From contig CACDXE010000003.1 of the NCBI GenBank assembly GCA_902556735.1, positions 83,817-147,816 of the forward strand: 64,000 nucleotides of DNA. The letters are read 5' to 3'. The notes under the pieces are model-generated. The model was given only the letters and a program-made list of their open reading frames with translations. It did not search any database and was not told the DNA's origin. Source of the stretch: an uncultured Alphaproteobacteria bacterium (GTDB lineage: Bacteria; Pseudomonadota; Alphaproteobacteria; HIMB59). Both the position numbers and the translations under genes were made by a program. Shown one piece after another: positions 37,792-48,581 of the stretch. Each line of letters begins with the position of its first letter. The stretch's first letter is position 1.

Positions 37792-38823
37792 CTACTCCCA
37801 AATATCAAAAAAATTTCTTGTTTTTCCGGGTGTTAAAATTGATAGAGGATTAAATATAAAATCTGTTTTGTTTCCATTCTTTTTAACTTTAAAATCTGCA
37901 GCTAAAAGACTTTCTTCGATGTTTTTACCAAATAACTCTTTCAAAAAAGGTACGTCTTTAAAATTCTTTTCAAATAAATATAATGGTCCATAAGTGCCAT
38001 TAACTAGTGCAACTTTTTTTGAGGGATTTGCCTCCCCTTTAAACGAAAAGGCTACAGTTCCTCCTAACATGATAGCATGATCAAAAGTAAAAATTTTACC
38101 TCTCTTCTGGACTGGTACCTCTAAATAGTTAAATTCGTCTTGGCTATTTTGTAAAACAGAAAAAATATCCAACATCCTCGAGGTAAATAGTAGGTTGTAA
38201 AATTTTGAGTTTTTATTAATGCTAAAATCTTTAACTTTAATAACCAAATCATAATCATCGAATTTTCTAAATGAGCCTTTACCAATCAAGGCACCTCCAA
38301 TCATATTTTTGGATACTTTTTGCGCGTAAAAAAATTGTCCTGCATTTTTTGAAAATAAGTAAATTTGTTTGTCTCCATCTAATTGTGGTAAAATTGACAA
38401 TTCAAATTCTTTTTTACTATCATAAAACATCATGGACTCAAATCCTTCATTATAAACAAAGTTAAGCTTATTAGAGAAAAGTGAGTAATCTTCAGAGATC
38501 AACATTTCAGATATTTCCCAATTAAAGTTAATTTTTTTATTTAATTTTTTGTTTTTTTGTGGTTTAGGGAAAACTTTTTTGAAATCATCAAATGATATTT
38601 GATCAGTATTTAAAAGAATATAAATCTCATTATTATGATAATTAATTATTCCAAAATTTCTTTGACCATTAATATTTAAATCAAATTTAATTTCTTTTAT
38701 TTTGTCACCTTCAAAATCAATATTTAATAAGTTATCGCCTTTCTGAAAAGTGAAATCATAAGCGAACAATTTAAAAGAGAGGAGTATTATAAATAATAAT
38801 TTTAATAGAAAAGTTTTATACAT
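37792..38823 (-). CDS. short AsmA-like (YhdP-type C-terminal domain) protein
   Basis: N-terminal signal/TM; C-terminus GTYGPLY...VPFLKELF...NPLSILTPGKTRNFF resembles the AsmA_2 C-terminal motif. Confidence 0.6.
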   Translation of the reverse strand: MYKTFLLKLLFIILLSFKLFAYDFTFQKGDNLLNIDFEGDKIKEIKFDLNINGQRNFGIINYHNNEIYILLNTDQISFDDFKKVFPKPQKNKKLNKKINFNWEISEMLISEDYSLFSNKLNFVYNEGFESMMFYDSKKEFELSILPQLDGDKQIYLFSKNAGQFFYAQKVSKNMIGGALIGKGSFRKFDDYDLVIKVKDFSINKNSKFYNLLFTSRMLDIFSVLQNSQDEFNYLEVPVQKRGKIFTFDHAIMLGGTVAFSFKGEANPSKKVALVNGTYGPLYLFEKNFKDVPFLKELFGKNIEESLLAADFKVKKNGNKTDFIFNPLSILTPGKTRNFFDIWE

Positions 38824-39908
38824 CTATTAATGTTGACTCCAAAAAATCAATTATATCACCATCAAGAACATTTTCAGCATTCGATGTCTGATAGTTTGTC
38901 CTAAGATCTTTAACCATTTTATAAGGATGAAGAACATAAGATCTTATCTGATTGCCCCAACCAATTTGTTTTTTATTATTCTCTTCCTTTTTTTTTTCTT
39001 CATTTTTTTTATCTAATTCAATTTCATATAACCTAGATTTTAGCATCTTCATTGCTGTATCTCTATTTCGATGTTGTGATCGTTCACTCTGGCTTTGCAC
39101 AACAATATTATATTTTAAATGAGTTATTCTTACAGCACTATCAGTTGTATTAATGTGTTGACCTCCTGCACCTGAAGCTCTAAATGTATCTATTCTTAAA
39201 TCTTTATTATTGATATCAATTTTAATATCTTTATCTATTTCTGGATATACCCAGACACTAGAAAAGCTAGTGTGTCTTCTTTTATTTGAGTCAAAAGGTG
39301 AAATTCTTACTAATCTATGAATACCAGTCTCATTTTTCAAATAACCATAACATTTAAAACCAGATATCATCATAGTTAAATTTTTGAGACCAGCTTCTTC
39401 ACCTCTTTGAAAGTCAACAATTTTATATTTATAATCATTCTTTTCTGCAAAGCGTTGATACATTCTAGACAACATTTCAGCCCAATCTTGACTTTCAGTA
39501 CCTCCTGCACCTGCATGTATTTCTAAAAAAGCATTACAATGATCTGTCTCTTCATTCAAAAGAGATTTAATTTTAATTTTTTCACACTCTTTTTTTAAAT
39601 TATTAACCTTACTAACTAACTCATTTATATCTTTATCACTTAAAGACTCATAAATTTCTGTAAATTCTCTAAATTCACTCAATTGATTTGAGACATAATC
39701 AAAATCATTAATAATGTTAGTATTCTGTTTTAATTTTTCTTGAGATTTATTTATTAAATTAATGTTATCCCAGTTTTTTGGATTAGTAATTATTTTATTA
39801 AGATTATCAATTTCTTTAGTGGTGTTTTCGTAGTCAAAGACTCCTCCTTGTCAAGTTTACTAATGAGTCTATCTCATTAATTAGATTTAATAACTCAGAT
39901 TTATCCAT
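38816..39908 (-). CDS. prfB: peptide chain release factor 2, expressed via a programmed +1 frameshift
   Basis: GGTESQDW, SPF, GAGGQ. The upstream 24-codon ORF from ATG 39908 (MDKSELLNL...RRSL) ends at CTT TGA C. Confidence 0.96.
39833..39848 (-). promoter_or_regulatory. prfB +1 ribosomal frameshift site
   Basis: Minus strand AGGAGG-AGT-CTT-TGA-C (internal SD, 3-nt spacer, slippery codon plus UGA). Confidence 0.95.
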
Positions 39909-42199
39909 TAATTAATTCCGCCTATACTTTCAATTTTATTAATATTATCTAATATTTCCAATTGTTCTTTTGTAAAATAATCAATAATTGAATTTTGTCC
40001 ATCAGAAATCATACCATTATCTTTATCAACTTTTTTAATAATTAAATCATTAGGCACTATAAATTTGTCATTTATATTTTCATAATATAAAAGATAATTT
40101 TCGATAATAGATTTAAAAATAGGTAAAGCAACAGAGGATCCAGTTTCTCTGTATCCTATTGATCTAGGTGTATCATATCCAACATATACTCCTATTACAT
40201 ATCTAGGAGTGAGTCCAAAAAACCATAAGTCTTTACTATCATTTGTGGTTCCTGTTTTTCCAGCAATTGGATAATCAATTTTATTTAGAGATTTTCCCGT
40301 TCCTCTTTCAACGGCTCCTTCTAGAATATTTAAAATTTGAAAAGAAGTTTGCGGAGATATTACTTTTTCCTTTTGTGGTTTAATAATTGGCATTCTATAT
40401 GACCTATCTTCAGTTGAAAATGAACAATAATTACATCTAAAATATTCGTTATTAATAATTAACTCGCCATCGTTTGAAACAACTTTTTTAATTATTGATG
40501 GCTCAACTATATATCCTCCATTTAAAAAGATTGAATAAGATTTAGCTAGATTCAAAAGATTATTTTCTACTGCGCCAAGGAGAGTTGAGTGGACATCAGT
40601 ATCAATATTATTATTGTAGAAATTTATTTTGTCTAAAAAATTATTAACTGAGTTTAAACCTAAATCGAGACCAATTTTTAATGTCACTAGATTATTGGAT
40701 GTTTCTAAGGCTCTTCTAAATGTTAATTCGCCATATGACTTATTAGAATAATTTTTAGGTACCCATACTGGAAGATTTTTGCCTTGATCTAGAAGAATAT
40801 CAGAGTCTAGTATTAAAGTATTTGGTAAGAATTTTTTTGTCTCTAACGCATGCGCATAAATAAATGGTTTTATTGACGATCCTGGTTGTCTATAAGCTTG
40901 AGTTACTCTATTAAAATTACTGACTTCATAATTTACTCCGCCAACCATAGAAACTATATTTCCATTAAAAGGATCCATAATAACTACAGATCCATCAATT
41001 TCATGTAATTGAACTGCGTAAAAAGTATCATCTATTTTAGTAACAAATATGTAGTCATTTAAATTTAGATAGTTATTTGGTGAGATCTTTTCTGGTCCAT
41101 AAATGTTTTTATCCTTATTTAAATTAATTATTTCATCAGTGTTTATTATTGATAATTCAATAAAATTAGAACTTTTATTTATAACTTTAGCAATTTCCCA
41201 ATGATTATTCTGATATTTTAAAATATCTTCCAAGTTTTTATAACTTCCCTCCCAAGATCTATATCTTCTCTCAAATAAAGCTAAATTATCAATTAAAGAT
41301 TTTTCTGATATCTTTTGGAGACTTTGGTCTATTGTGGATTGTATATAGAATGCATTTTCATTATATGTTTTTGAATTTAAGTAATTCAGTATAAAGTCAG
41401 TTTTGTAATCTGATTTGTATTTTTTATTGTTTCTATCATACAAGTCTATTTCTAAATTAGAATAAAAATTAAATTGTTCTTGTGTAATAAATTTATTTAT
41501 CTCCATTTGTTTTAATACATAATTTCTTCTATCTAAGGCTTTATTGTAGTTTTTTTTTGGGTCATAATTATTTGGTCCTTTAGGAAGAGCTGCAAGATAT
41601 GCATATTCATGTATATCTAAGTCAAATATGGATTTATTAAAATAATTAAATGAAGCTGACGCTACACCGTATGAGCGTCTTCCAAAATAAATTTCATTTA
41701 AATATAGTTCTATTATAAATTCTTTTGAGTATTCTCGCTCTATTCTAAGTGATAAGATTAATTCTTTAACCTTTCGTGAAATAGTTTGGTCTCTATTAAG
41801 TAAAATATTTTTTACTAATTGTTGTGTTATTGTAGAAGCTCCAACATAATTATTATTATTTTTAGAATAAATATTTTTTAAATTAATAATAGAAGCATTT
41901 ACTATTCCTCTTATGTCAAAACCCTGATGTTGAAAAAATGTTTTATCTTCTGCAGAAATAATAGCATTAATCATATTTCTGGGTATGTCTTTATAATCTA
42001 AATAGAATCTATCTCTATTTCCCACATGATACATCAGCTCATATTTCTCATCATAAATTTTAGTTATTTCATTTGGAAAATATTGAGATATATTATGGTC
42101 AGGTAAATCTTGTTGAATTTTCCATAAATACAGAATTATTATGGATATGCCTAATATAGAGAGTATGAAAATGTACTGTAAATATTTAAAGAGTTTCAT
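39908..42199 (-). CDS. mrcA: penicillin-binding protein 1A (class A PBP)
   Basis: AEDKTF, GASTITQQ, RKVKE, YLNEIY, RQPGSSIKP (SxxK), SNN, KTGT. Confidence 0.93.
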   Translation of the reverse strand: MKLFKYLQYIFILSILGISIIILYLWKIQQDLPDHNISQYFPNEITKIYDEKYELMYHVGNRDRFYLDYKDIPRNMINAIISAEDKTFFQHQGFDIRGIVNASIINLKNIYSKNNNNYVGASTITQQLVKNILLNRDQTISRKVKELILSLRIEREYSKEFIIELYLNEIYFGRRSYGVASASFNYFNKSIFDLDIHEYAYLAALPKGPNNYDPKKNYNKALDRRNYVLKQMEINKFITQEQFNFYSNLEIDLYDRNNKKYKSDYKTDFILNYLNSKTYNENAFYIQSTIDQSLQKISEKSLIDNLALFERRYRSWEGSYKNLEDILKYQNNHWEIAKVINKSSNFIELSIINTDEIINLNKDKNIYGPEKISPNNYLNLNDYIFVTKIDDTFYAVQLHEIDGSVVIMDPFNGNIVSMVGGVNYEVSNFNRVTQAYRQPGSSIKPFIYAHALETKKFLPNTLILDSDILLDQGKNLPVWVPKNYSNKSYGELTFRRALETSNNLVTLKIGLDLGLNSVNNFLDKINFYNNNIDTDVHSTLLGAVENNLLNLAKSYSIFLNGGYIVEPSIIKKVVSNDGELIINNEYFRCNYCSFSTEDRSYRMPIIKPQKEKVISPQTSFQILNILEGAVERGTGKSLNKIDYPIAGKTGTTNDSKDLWFFGLTPRYVIGVYVGYDTPRSIGYRETGSSVALPIFKSIIENYLLYYENINDKFIVPNDLIIKKVDKDNGMISDGQNSIIDYFTKEQLEILDNINKIESIGGIN

Positions 42200-42253
42200 T
42201 TTATTTAATAAACAAATTAATAATAATTTATCAAATATAAAGGATTTAAAAAC

Positions 42254-43903
42254 ATGTCTAAAAGAATTTTTGTTGATGGCAGCATCAATAGTGAACTATG
42301 TATCATTGCGACTGATGGGCAAGAAATTAACTATTTTGACTACTCAGATGATTTAGCTTCAAGCAAAAAAAATAATATTTATCTTGGAACTGTATCCAGA
42401 GTAGAACCATCTCTACAAGCAGCATTTATAGAATTTGGATCAGAGAAAAAAGCTTTTTTGCCTTTTGATGAAATTCACCCAAGTTACTTTAAAGTTCCTC
42501 ATAATGAGAAGCAAATTGCAAATAAAGATAAAAATAATGAAATTGATGATGAAAAAGAAAATAAGAAACAATTTCTCTCTTTTTATAGAAAATACAAAAT
42601 CCAAGATGTTATAAAGAAAGATCAGGTATTACTAATACAAATAGTAAAGGAAGAGAGAGGCACCAAAGGAGCAGCGATAACCACATTCATTTCTTTACCA
42701 GGTAGGTACAGTGTTTTATTTCCAAATAATTCCTCCTCTGGCGGTGTATCCAAAAAAATTTCTAACCCTCTTGATAGAAAAAGACTTAAAAAATTACACG
42801 ATAATTTTAATTTGCCTGATGGTATGTCTTTAATAATAAGAACAAATGCAATATCAGCAGAAGATGATGATATTGTCGCAGATTTTAATTATCTAAGAAA
42901 ATTATGGACCAAAATAAGAGATGATACTCTTAAATCAAAAGCACCTGTGCTTATAACAGAATTAGATACACCAATAATTAAAGTCGCAAGAGATTTCAAT
43001 CAAAGAACAATACAAGAAATAATCTTCTCAGATTTAAAAACAATGAAATTATATAAAAAACTAGAAAAAGATTTTAGTGTAAAATCAAATAAGAAAATTA
43101 CTCACTACAATGATAAGCTTCCTCTTTTTGAAAGTTATGGTATAAAAAATCCAATAAATAGTCTAACTGAAGAAAATATTTACTTAAAATCTGGTGGATA
43201 TCTAGTGATTAACCCTACTGAGGCACTTACAAGTATAGATATAAACTCTGGAAGATTTACATCAGAGAAAAATATAGAAATAACTGCATTAAATACAAAT
43301 TTAGAAGCCAGTGAAGAGATATTCAAACAAATTCAATTAAGAAATATTGCAGGATTAATTGTTATTGATTTTATTGACATGAATATTAATACAAATAACT
43401 TAAAAATTGAGAGAAAAATTAAGGAATTGTTTTATAAAGATAAAGCCAGAGTTCAAATTACAAAAATTTCTCAATTTGGATTAATGGAAATATCAAGACA
43501 AAGAATTGGACAAAGTATTTATGAAACATTTTATAATAAATGTGATTGCTGTGATGGTAGTGGTTTTAAGAAAACAAACTCAATAGTAATTTATAATATG
43601 ATTTCGGATATAAAAGGCATAAATGCTATTGGTAATAGAGATGATATTGAAATTCAAATTGATGAAAAATTCTACAATGATAATTACAAAGAAATTGATA
43701 AGAAAATAAAATCAACTAAATCAACGTTTAATATTAGTTTTGTCAAAAGATCTAACACAAAAAATATATATGAATTAGATAATGATTTAATCACTAAAGT
43801 AAGAAACAATTCAAAAGAAATTTTAGATAAAAGTAAGATTGATGATTCAAATAAAGAAAAATCATATAGAAGAAAAATAAAAAAAAAACTAATTGATAAT
43901 TAA
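42254..43903 (+). CDS. rne: ribonuclease E/G
   Basis: NIYLG..RVEPSLQAAF, KEERGTKGA, IDINSG, IDFIDM, SRQR, CDCCDG. Confidence 0.92.
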   Translation: MSKRIFVDGSINSELCIIATDGQEINYFDYSDDLASSKKNNIYLGTVSRVEPSLQAAFIEFGSEKKAFLPFDEIHPSYFKVPHNEKQIANKDKNNEIDDEKENKKQFLSFYRKYKIQDVIKKDQVLLIQIVKEERGTKGAAITTFISLPGRYSVLFPNNSSSGGVSKKISNPLDRKRLKKLHDNFNLPDGMSLIIRTNAISAEDDDIVADFNYLRKLWTKIRDDTLKSKAPVLITELDTPIIKVARDFNQRTIQEIIFSDLKTMKLYKKLEKDFSVKSNKKITHYNDKLPLFESYGIKNPINSLTEENIYLKSGGYLVINPTEALTSIDINSGRFTSEKNIEITALNTNLEASEEIFKQIQLRNIAGLIVIDFIDMNINTNNLKIERKIKELFYKDKARVQITKISQFGLMEISRQRIGQSIYETFYNKCDCCDGSGFKKTNSIVIYNMISDIKGINAIGNRDDIEIQIDEKFYNDNYKEIDKKIKSTKSTFNISFVKRSNTKNIYELDNDLITKVRNNSKEILDKSKIDDSNKEKSYRRKIKKKLIDN

Positions 43904-45041
43904 ATTTAAATTTATTTGGTTTTTATTTATTTTAAATATTTTTAATAACTTACAAAGCTATGAAATCATAAGAGATCCTATTTTTGAAGATTATTTTATA
44001 AATTTAAGTAATAATTTTAACCACAATGAAGTTAATGTTTATTTAGTTAAAAACAAATCAGCAAATGCTTTTGTAATTGAAGATAATATATATTTTACAA
44101 CTGGATTGTTCGAATTAATAAAAGATGAAGATACTCTCAAAGCAATTTATTTTCATGAATACGGACATGTTTTTCATAATCATTTTCAAAGTAAAAAAGT
44201 TAAAATTCAACAAACTAATAATAAATCTTCATTCTATAATTTATTTTCTGTTGGTTTGGTTGTTCTTACAGGCAATGCAAATATTGGAATTGGTTCATCT
44301 ATAACTTTAAACACTAACCTAATTAGAGAAATATCAAAACACTCAATTAGTTTTGAAATACAAGCAGATAATTTTATGAAAAGACAGATAAAAAAAAATA
44401 AAATAAATATTACAGAGTTAATATCTTTTTTAAATAATGGATCAAAAACAAATAATAGTTATTTCAGAACACATCCAAAAAATGAAGATAGAATTAATAA
44501 TCTAAAAGAAATAAATTTTCCTAAATATGAAAATTCAATAAAATTTGAATGGATAAAATCAAAATATTCGAATAATTCAAAAATTGATTTATTTAATATT
44601 TTTTTTAAAGATTTAGAAAAGGGTATATTCCATCAAGATCAAGAATTTAGTAAAATTAATAAAGAACTGATTAAATACGAAGCTTTTAAAAAAGGTATTT
44701 TTGTAAAAGATTGGATAGATGATTTTCAAAAATTAATTGATATAAATCATAGCTCTTTTCTTAAAATTGAATACATAAATTATATTTTAGATAATAATTT
44801 AAATGAAAAATATTACATTATTGAAAAATTTAAATTTGATAAAGATTTGATGGATGAATATTTTTACCATTACATATATGGAAAATACTACAATAAAATA
44901 AATGAAATTAACCTGTCTAACTTCTATTTTTGTCAATTTTATAAAGCTATAAACTCCGAAAATAAAGCTGATTTTTTTTGTGAAAAATATGATATTAAAG
45001 AGATTCCAAAATTAGATAGATCGTATGCCCTATTTAAATAG
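43893..45041 (+). CDS. M48 family metalloprotease
   Basis: IIRDP, NAF, HEYGH (HExxH), EIQAD, YFRTHP..RI. Confidence 0.85.
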   Translation: MIIKFKFIWFLFILNIFNNLQSYEIIRDPIFEDYFINLSNNFNHNEVNVYLVKNKSANAFVIEDNIYFTTGLFELIKDEDTLKAIYFHEYGHVFHNHFQSKKVKIQQTNNKSSFYNLFSVGLVVLTGNANIGIGSSITLNTNLIREISKHSISFEIQADNFMKRQIKKNKINITELISFLNNGSKTNNSYFRTHPKNEDRINNLKEINFPKYENSIKFEWIKSKYSNNSKIDLFNIFFKDLEKGIFHQDQEFSKINKELIKYEAFKKGIFVKDWIDDFQKLIDINHSSFLKIEYINYILDNNLNEKYYIIEKFKFDKDLMDEYFYHYIYGKYYNKINEINLSNFYFCQFYKAINSENKADFFCEKYDIKEIPKLDRSYALFK

Positions 45042-46017
45042 AAAACAAATATTGGGACTCATTAGGAAAAAACAAATATATTCTGATAAATCTTTAATTA
45101 AAAATCAAATACAACCTGCTTCACTTGATTTAACTTTATCTGCAAAATGTTATAGAATAAAAGCCTCTTTTATTCCAAATAAAATAAAGATTTCTAAGGT
45201 TATAAAAGAATTATCATTAACATATATTGATCTAAATCAAAATAAACTTTTAGAAAAAAATTGTATTTATTTGTGTGAATTAAATGAAAAGTTGAATTTA
45301 CCAAATGACATAATGGGAAAATCAAATCCAAAAAGCACAACTGGTAGATTAGATATTTTTACTCGTGTAATTACTGAAAATGGCACAGAGTATGACTACA
45401 TAGATTATGAATATAATGGTAAATTATATCTAGAAATTATACCTCAGTCTTTTAGTATTATCATTAAGAAAGATATATCTTTAAATCAAATAAGATTTTT
45501 TCAAGGATCAAATATTGATGAAAAAATTAGACAAATAAAAATATCTGTATCAATAAAAAAAAATGAAATAACAGCTTACAAAGCAAAAAAAATTACCTCT
45601 GCTATCGATTTAAATAAAATTAACTTTTATAAATCAGACAAATATTGGGATAAAATCATTCCTGAAGATAATTACTTTATAGTTGAGAGAGATGAGTTTT
45701 ATATACTTCGATCTAAAGAGACGATAATCGTTAAAAATAATCAAGCTGCGGAACTAGAACCATTTAAGGATAGTTTTGGTAATTTTAGAGTACACTATGC
45801 CGGTTTTTTTGACCCTGGTTTTGGTAATAATAAATCAGGTACACCTGCTGTTCTTGAATTACGCGCTTACGATACACCATTTATAATAAGAGACGGTCAG
45901 CTAGTAGGACAACTAAATTATTATAATATTAATGAAATTAAAAAAGAAAGTTACGGAAAAAGTATTAAATCCAATTACTTTAATCAAAATTTAAAATTAG
46001 CTAAACAATTTAAATAA
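45025..46017 (+). CDS. dcd: dCTP deaminase (alphaproteobacterial long type)
   Basis: QIQPASLDL, NPKSTTGRLDIFTR, FRVHYAGFFDPGFG, LKLAK. Confidence 0.9.
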   Translation: MPYLNRKQILGLIRKKQIYSDKSLIKNQIQPASLDLTLSAKCYRIKASFIPNKIKISKVIKELSLTYIDLNQNKLLEKNCIYLCELNEKLNLPNDIMGKSNPKSTTGRLDIFTRVITENGTEYDYIDYEYNGKLYLEIIPQSFSIIIKKDISLNQIRFFQGSNIDEKIRQIKISVSIKKNEITAYKAKKITSAIDLNKINFYKSDKYWDKIIPEDNYFIVERDEFYILRSKETIIVKNNQAAELEPFKDSFGNFRVHYAGFFDPGFGNNKSGTPAVLELRAYDTPFIIRDGQLVGQLNYYNINEIKKESYGKSIKSNYFNQNLKLAKQFK

Positions 46018-46070
46018 CATGATTGTATATAAGTGTTTTATTTTTTAATCTATCAAGTATATTATTTTTA

Positions 46071-46505
46071 ATGTTAGATAAAAAAACTAATAACACTCTT
46101 GATATTTTAATTAAAAAATTAAAAGACAATAAATTAGGATCTATTAAATTATCAAACAAGATAAATACTATAGAGGTATCTAATTATGCTGAAAACCAGA
46201 ACTCACACCAAATCACTCAAAATAGCTCTCCTACTGAGCATCAGAATACAAAGAATGTTATAAACGAAGGAATTATAACAATTGATAGCCCCATGGTGGG
46301 AATTATTTACTTAACTCCAAAACCTAGCTCACCACCTTTTGCTAAAAAAGGTCAAAAAATAAAAAAAGGCGACACAATATGTTTAATTGAAGCTATGAAA
46401 ACGTTTAATGAAATCAAATCTGACAGAGATTGTACAATAAAGTCGGTAATGATTAAAAATGGTGAAGCAGTTGAATTTGGTCAACCTCTCTTCGAAATAT
46501 TGTAA
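46071..46505 (+). CDS. accB: acetyl-CoA carboxylase biotin carboxyl carrier protein
   Basis: SPMVG, IEAMKTFNEI, VEFGQPLF. ATG 46071 preferred as start. Confidence 0.93.
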   Translation: MLDKKTNNTLDILIKKLKDNKLGSIKLSNKINTIEVSNYAENQNSHQITQNSSPTEHQNTKNVINEGIITIDSPMVGIIYLTPKPSSPPFAKKGQKIKKGDTICLIEAMKTFNEIKSDRDCTIKSVMIKNGEAVEFGQPLFEIL

Positions 46506-47849
46506 TTGTTTAAAAAAATATTAGTAGCAAATAGAGGGGAAATTGCAGTTCGTATTATACGAGCATGTAAAGAGCTAGATATCAAAACAGTAGCTATTCA
46601 CTCTAATGTAGATACAGAGGCAATGCATGTGAAACTAGCTGATGAAAGTATTTGTGTTGGCAGTGCCTTACCAAATGGAAGTTATTTAAATATTCCGAGT
46701 ATAATTAGTGCTATTGATATAACTGGAGCTGATGCTGTTCATCCAGGTTATGGTTTTTTAAGTGAAAATGATAAATTTTCAAAAATATTGAGTCAACATA
46801 ATGTCAAGTTTATAGGACCAAGTTCTAAGTCTATCCTAGAATTAGGTAATAAAAGCAATGCTTTAAGTTTAGCAAGTGAGTTTGGATTACCCATATTAGG
46901 AAATAAAAATTCAAAAGATATAAAAAATACAAATGAAGCTGTAAAAATAGCTGAAGATATTGGGATGCCTGTAGTAATTAAAGCTGCCTATGGTGGTGGA
47001 GGTAAAGGAATGAGAGTTTTTTATGATAAAACTGAAATAGATAATTTTTTTTCTCAATTAAAAGCTGAAGCAAAAAATTATTTTGGTGATGATACAATGT
47101 ATGCTGAGAAATTTTTAACTAATGCAAAACATATTGAATTTCAGGTAATATCAGATCCTGAAAATAATTATGTAGAAATAATTGGACAAAGAGATTGCTC
47201 TATTCAACGCAAAAATCAAAAGATCATTGAAGAAATACCATCTGAGTTTGTGTATATCAACAATTTGGAAAAAATTGAGAAAAATATAAAAGAATTACTT
47301 CTTGAAAATAAATATGAAGGCTTAGGAACATTAGAATTTTTATATCAAGATAACGAGGTATTTTTTATTGAAATGAATACAAGATTACAAGTTGAACATC
47401 CAGTAACTGAAGAGGCCTATGATATAGATTTAGTCAAATATCAAATAATGGTTGCTGCAGGTTATAAAATTGATTTAACAGAGTCGATAAAAAGAAATCA
47501 CACAATAGAATGTAGAATAAATGCAGAAAATGCAAAAGATTTTTCACCAAGCCCAGGAACAGTGAACTTTATAAATGTACCAGGAGGCAGAGGGGTTAGA
47601 GTAGATACAGCCTTATACACAAATTACAAAGTTAACCCTCACTATGATAGTCTAGTATTAAAGATAGTATCAAAAGGTAAAGATAGAAATGAGGCAATAT
47701 CAGTAATGAAAAGAGCCCTAGATGAAATTATTATAGATGGTATTGATACAAATATTAATTTACATAAATGGATATTAAATCAAAAAGATTTTATAAGAGG
47801 TACATACAATACAAACTGGCTAGAAAAAAATATTTTAAAATTTAATTAA
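46506..47849 (+). CDS. accC: acetyl-CoA carboxylase biotin carboxylase
   Basis: ANRGEIA, HPGYGFLSEN, GGGGKGM, EMNTRLQVEH, ECRINAE. Confidence 0.96.
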   Translation: MFKKILVANRGEIAVRIIRACKELDIKTVAIHSNVDTEAMHVKLADESICVGSALPNGSYLNIPSIISAIDITGADAVHPGYGFLSENDKFSKILSQHNVKFIGPSSKSILELGNKSNALSLASEFGLPILGNKNSKDIKNTNEAVKIAEDIGMPVVIKAAYGGGGKGMRVFYDKTEIDNFFSQLKAEAKNYFGDDTMYAEKFLTNAKHIEFQVISDPENNYVEIIGQRDCSIQRKNQKIIEEIPSEFVYINNLEKIEKNIKELLLENKYEGLGTLEFLYQDNEVFFIEMNTRLQVEHPVTEEAYDIDLVKYQIMVAAGYKIDLTESIKRNHTIECRINAENAKDFSPSPGTVNFINVPGGRGVRVDTALYTNYKVNPHYDSLVLKIVSKGKDRNEAISVMKRALDEIIIDGIDTNINLHKWILNQKDFIRGTYNTNWLEKNILKFN

Positions 47850-48187
47850 CAGTCTGTTAGTGAAATTTCATAAATTTTATTTGAATATAAATTTAATTCA
47901 TCAGTATATTTAAAAAACCATCCTATGAAAATATTATCGTTTTGAGAAATTTTTAATAAAGCAGCAGTATCAAGATACTTGTCAAATTCAATATTTTTAC
48001 AAGAAATTAATTCAAAAGATAGATTTCTAAATTGATAATTCTCGAAAAACTCAAGCACATATTTTGATGAAGAAGATTTATCTAAAATGAGCAACTTTGT
48101 ATTATTTAATTCTTTAGCTAATAATTGATTAAAAAAGAAACTACTTAAAAATAAAATTATTGATAATTTCTTCCAAAGATACTGCAT
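47846..48187 (-). CDS. DUF2155-like exported protein
   Basis: ILDK, C, IFIGW, YEISLTDC; follows mlaD as in other alphaproteobacteria. Confidence 0.6.
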   Translation of the reverse strand: MQYLWKKLSIILFLSSFFFNQLLAKELNNTKLLILDKSSSSKYVLEFFENYQFRNLSFELISCKNIEFDKYLDTAALLKISQNDNIFIGWFFKYTDELNLYSNKIYEISLTDC

Positions 48188-48581
48188 CGATATTATTAAC
48201 TGAGTAATCATTATTTTTAAGTGGTTCCTCGCTATTTCCTAATTGAATTTCGATATATGAAGATCCTATAAATCCATTATTCGATATTTTAAAAATAGAG
48301 TCATTAGGAATTATAATACTTTTTTCGATAGATGATGTAACTATCGCCATATAATTTTCTTTATCTAATTGAATATTTGAAATCTCCCCTACTTTAACAC
48401 CATTAATTTTCACATCATTACCTATACTAGTGTTACCTATATCAAAAAAGTCAGAGTTAATTTGAAGGGTCTCAATTTTATTGAGTAGGTTTATTTTAGA
48501 AGAAAAGTAAAAGATACTTATTAATGAAAGAATTAATATCAATAATCCAATTATAAATTCTATATTAATTTTTTTATTCAT
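48141..48581 (-). CDS. MlaD/MCE family protein
   Basis: EFIIG, GNDVKINGVKVGEI, IPNDS, GFIGSSYIEIQLG. Confidence 0.85.
   Translation of the reverse strand: MNKKINIEFIIGLLILILSLISIFYFSSKINLLNKIETLQINSDFFDIGNTSIGNDVKINGVKVGEISNIQLDKENYMAIVTSSIEKSIIIPNDSIFKISNNGFIGSSYIEIQLGNSEEPLKNNDYSVNNIDAVSLEEIINNFIFK

Noticed and set aside
38816-39908. prfB as a pseudogene or sequencing frameshift
   Set aside because: The canonical programmed-frameshift signal is present.
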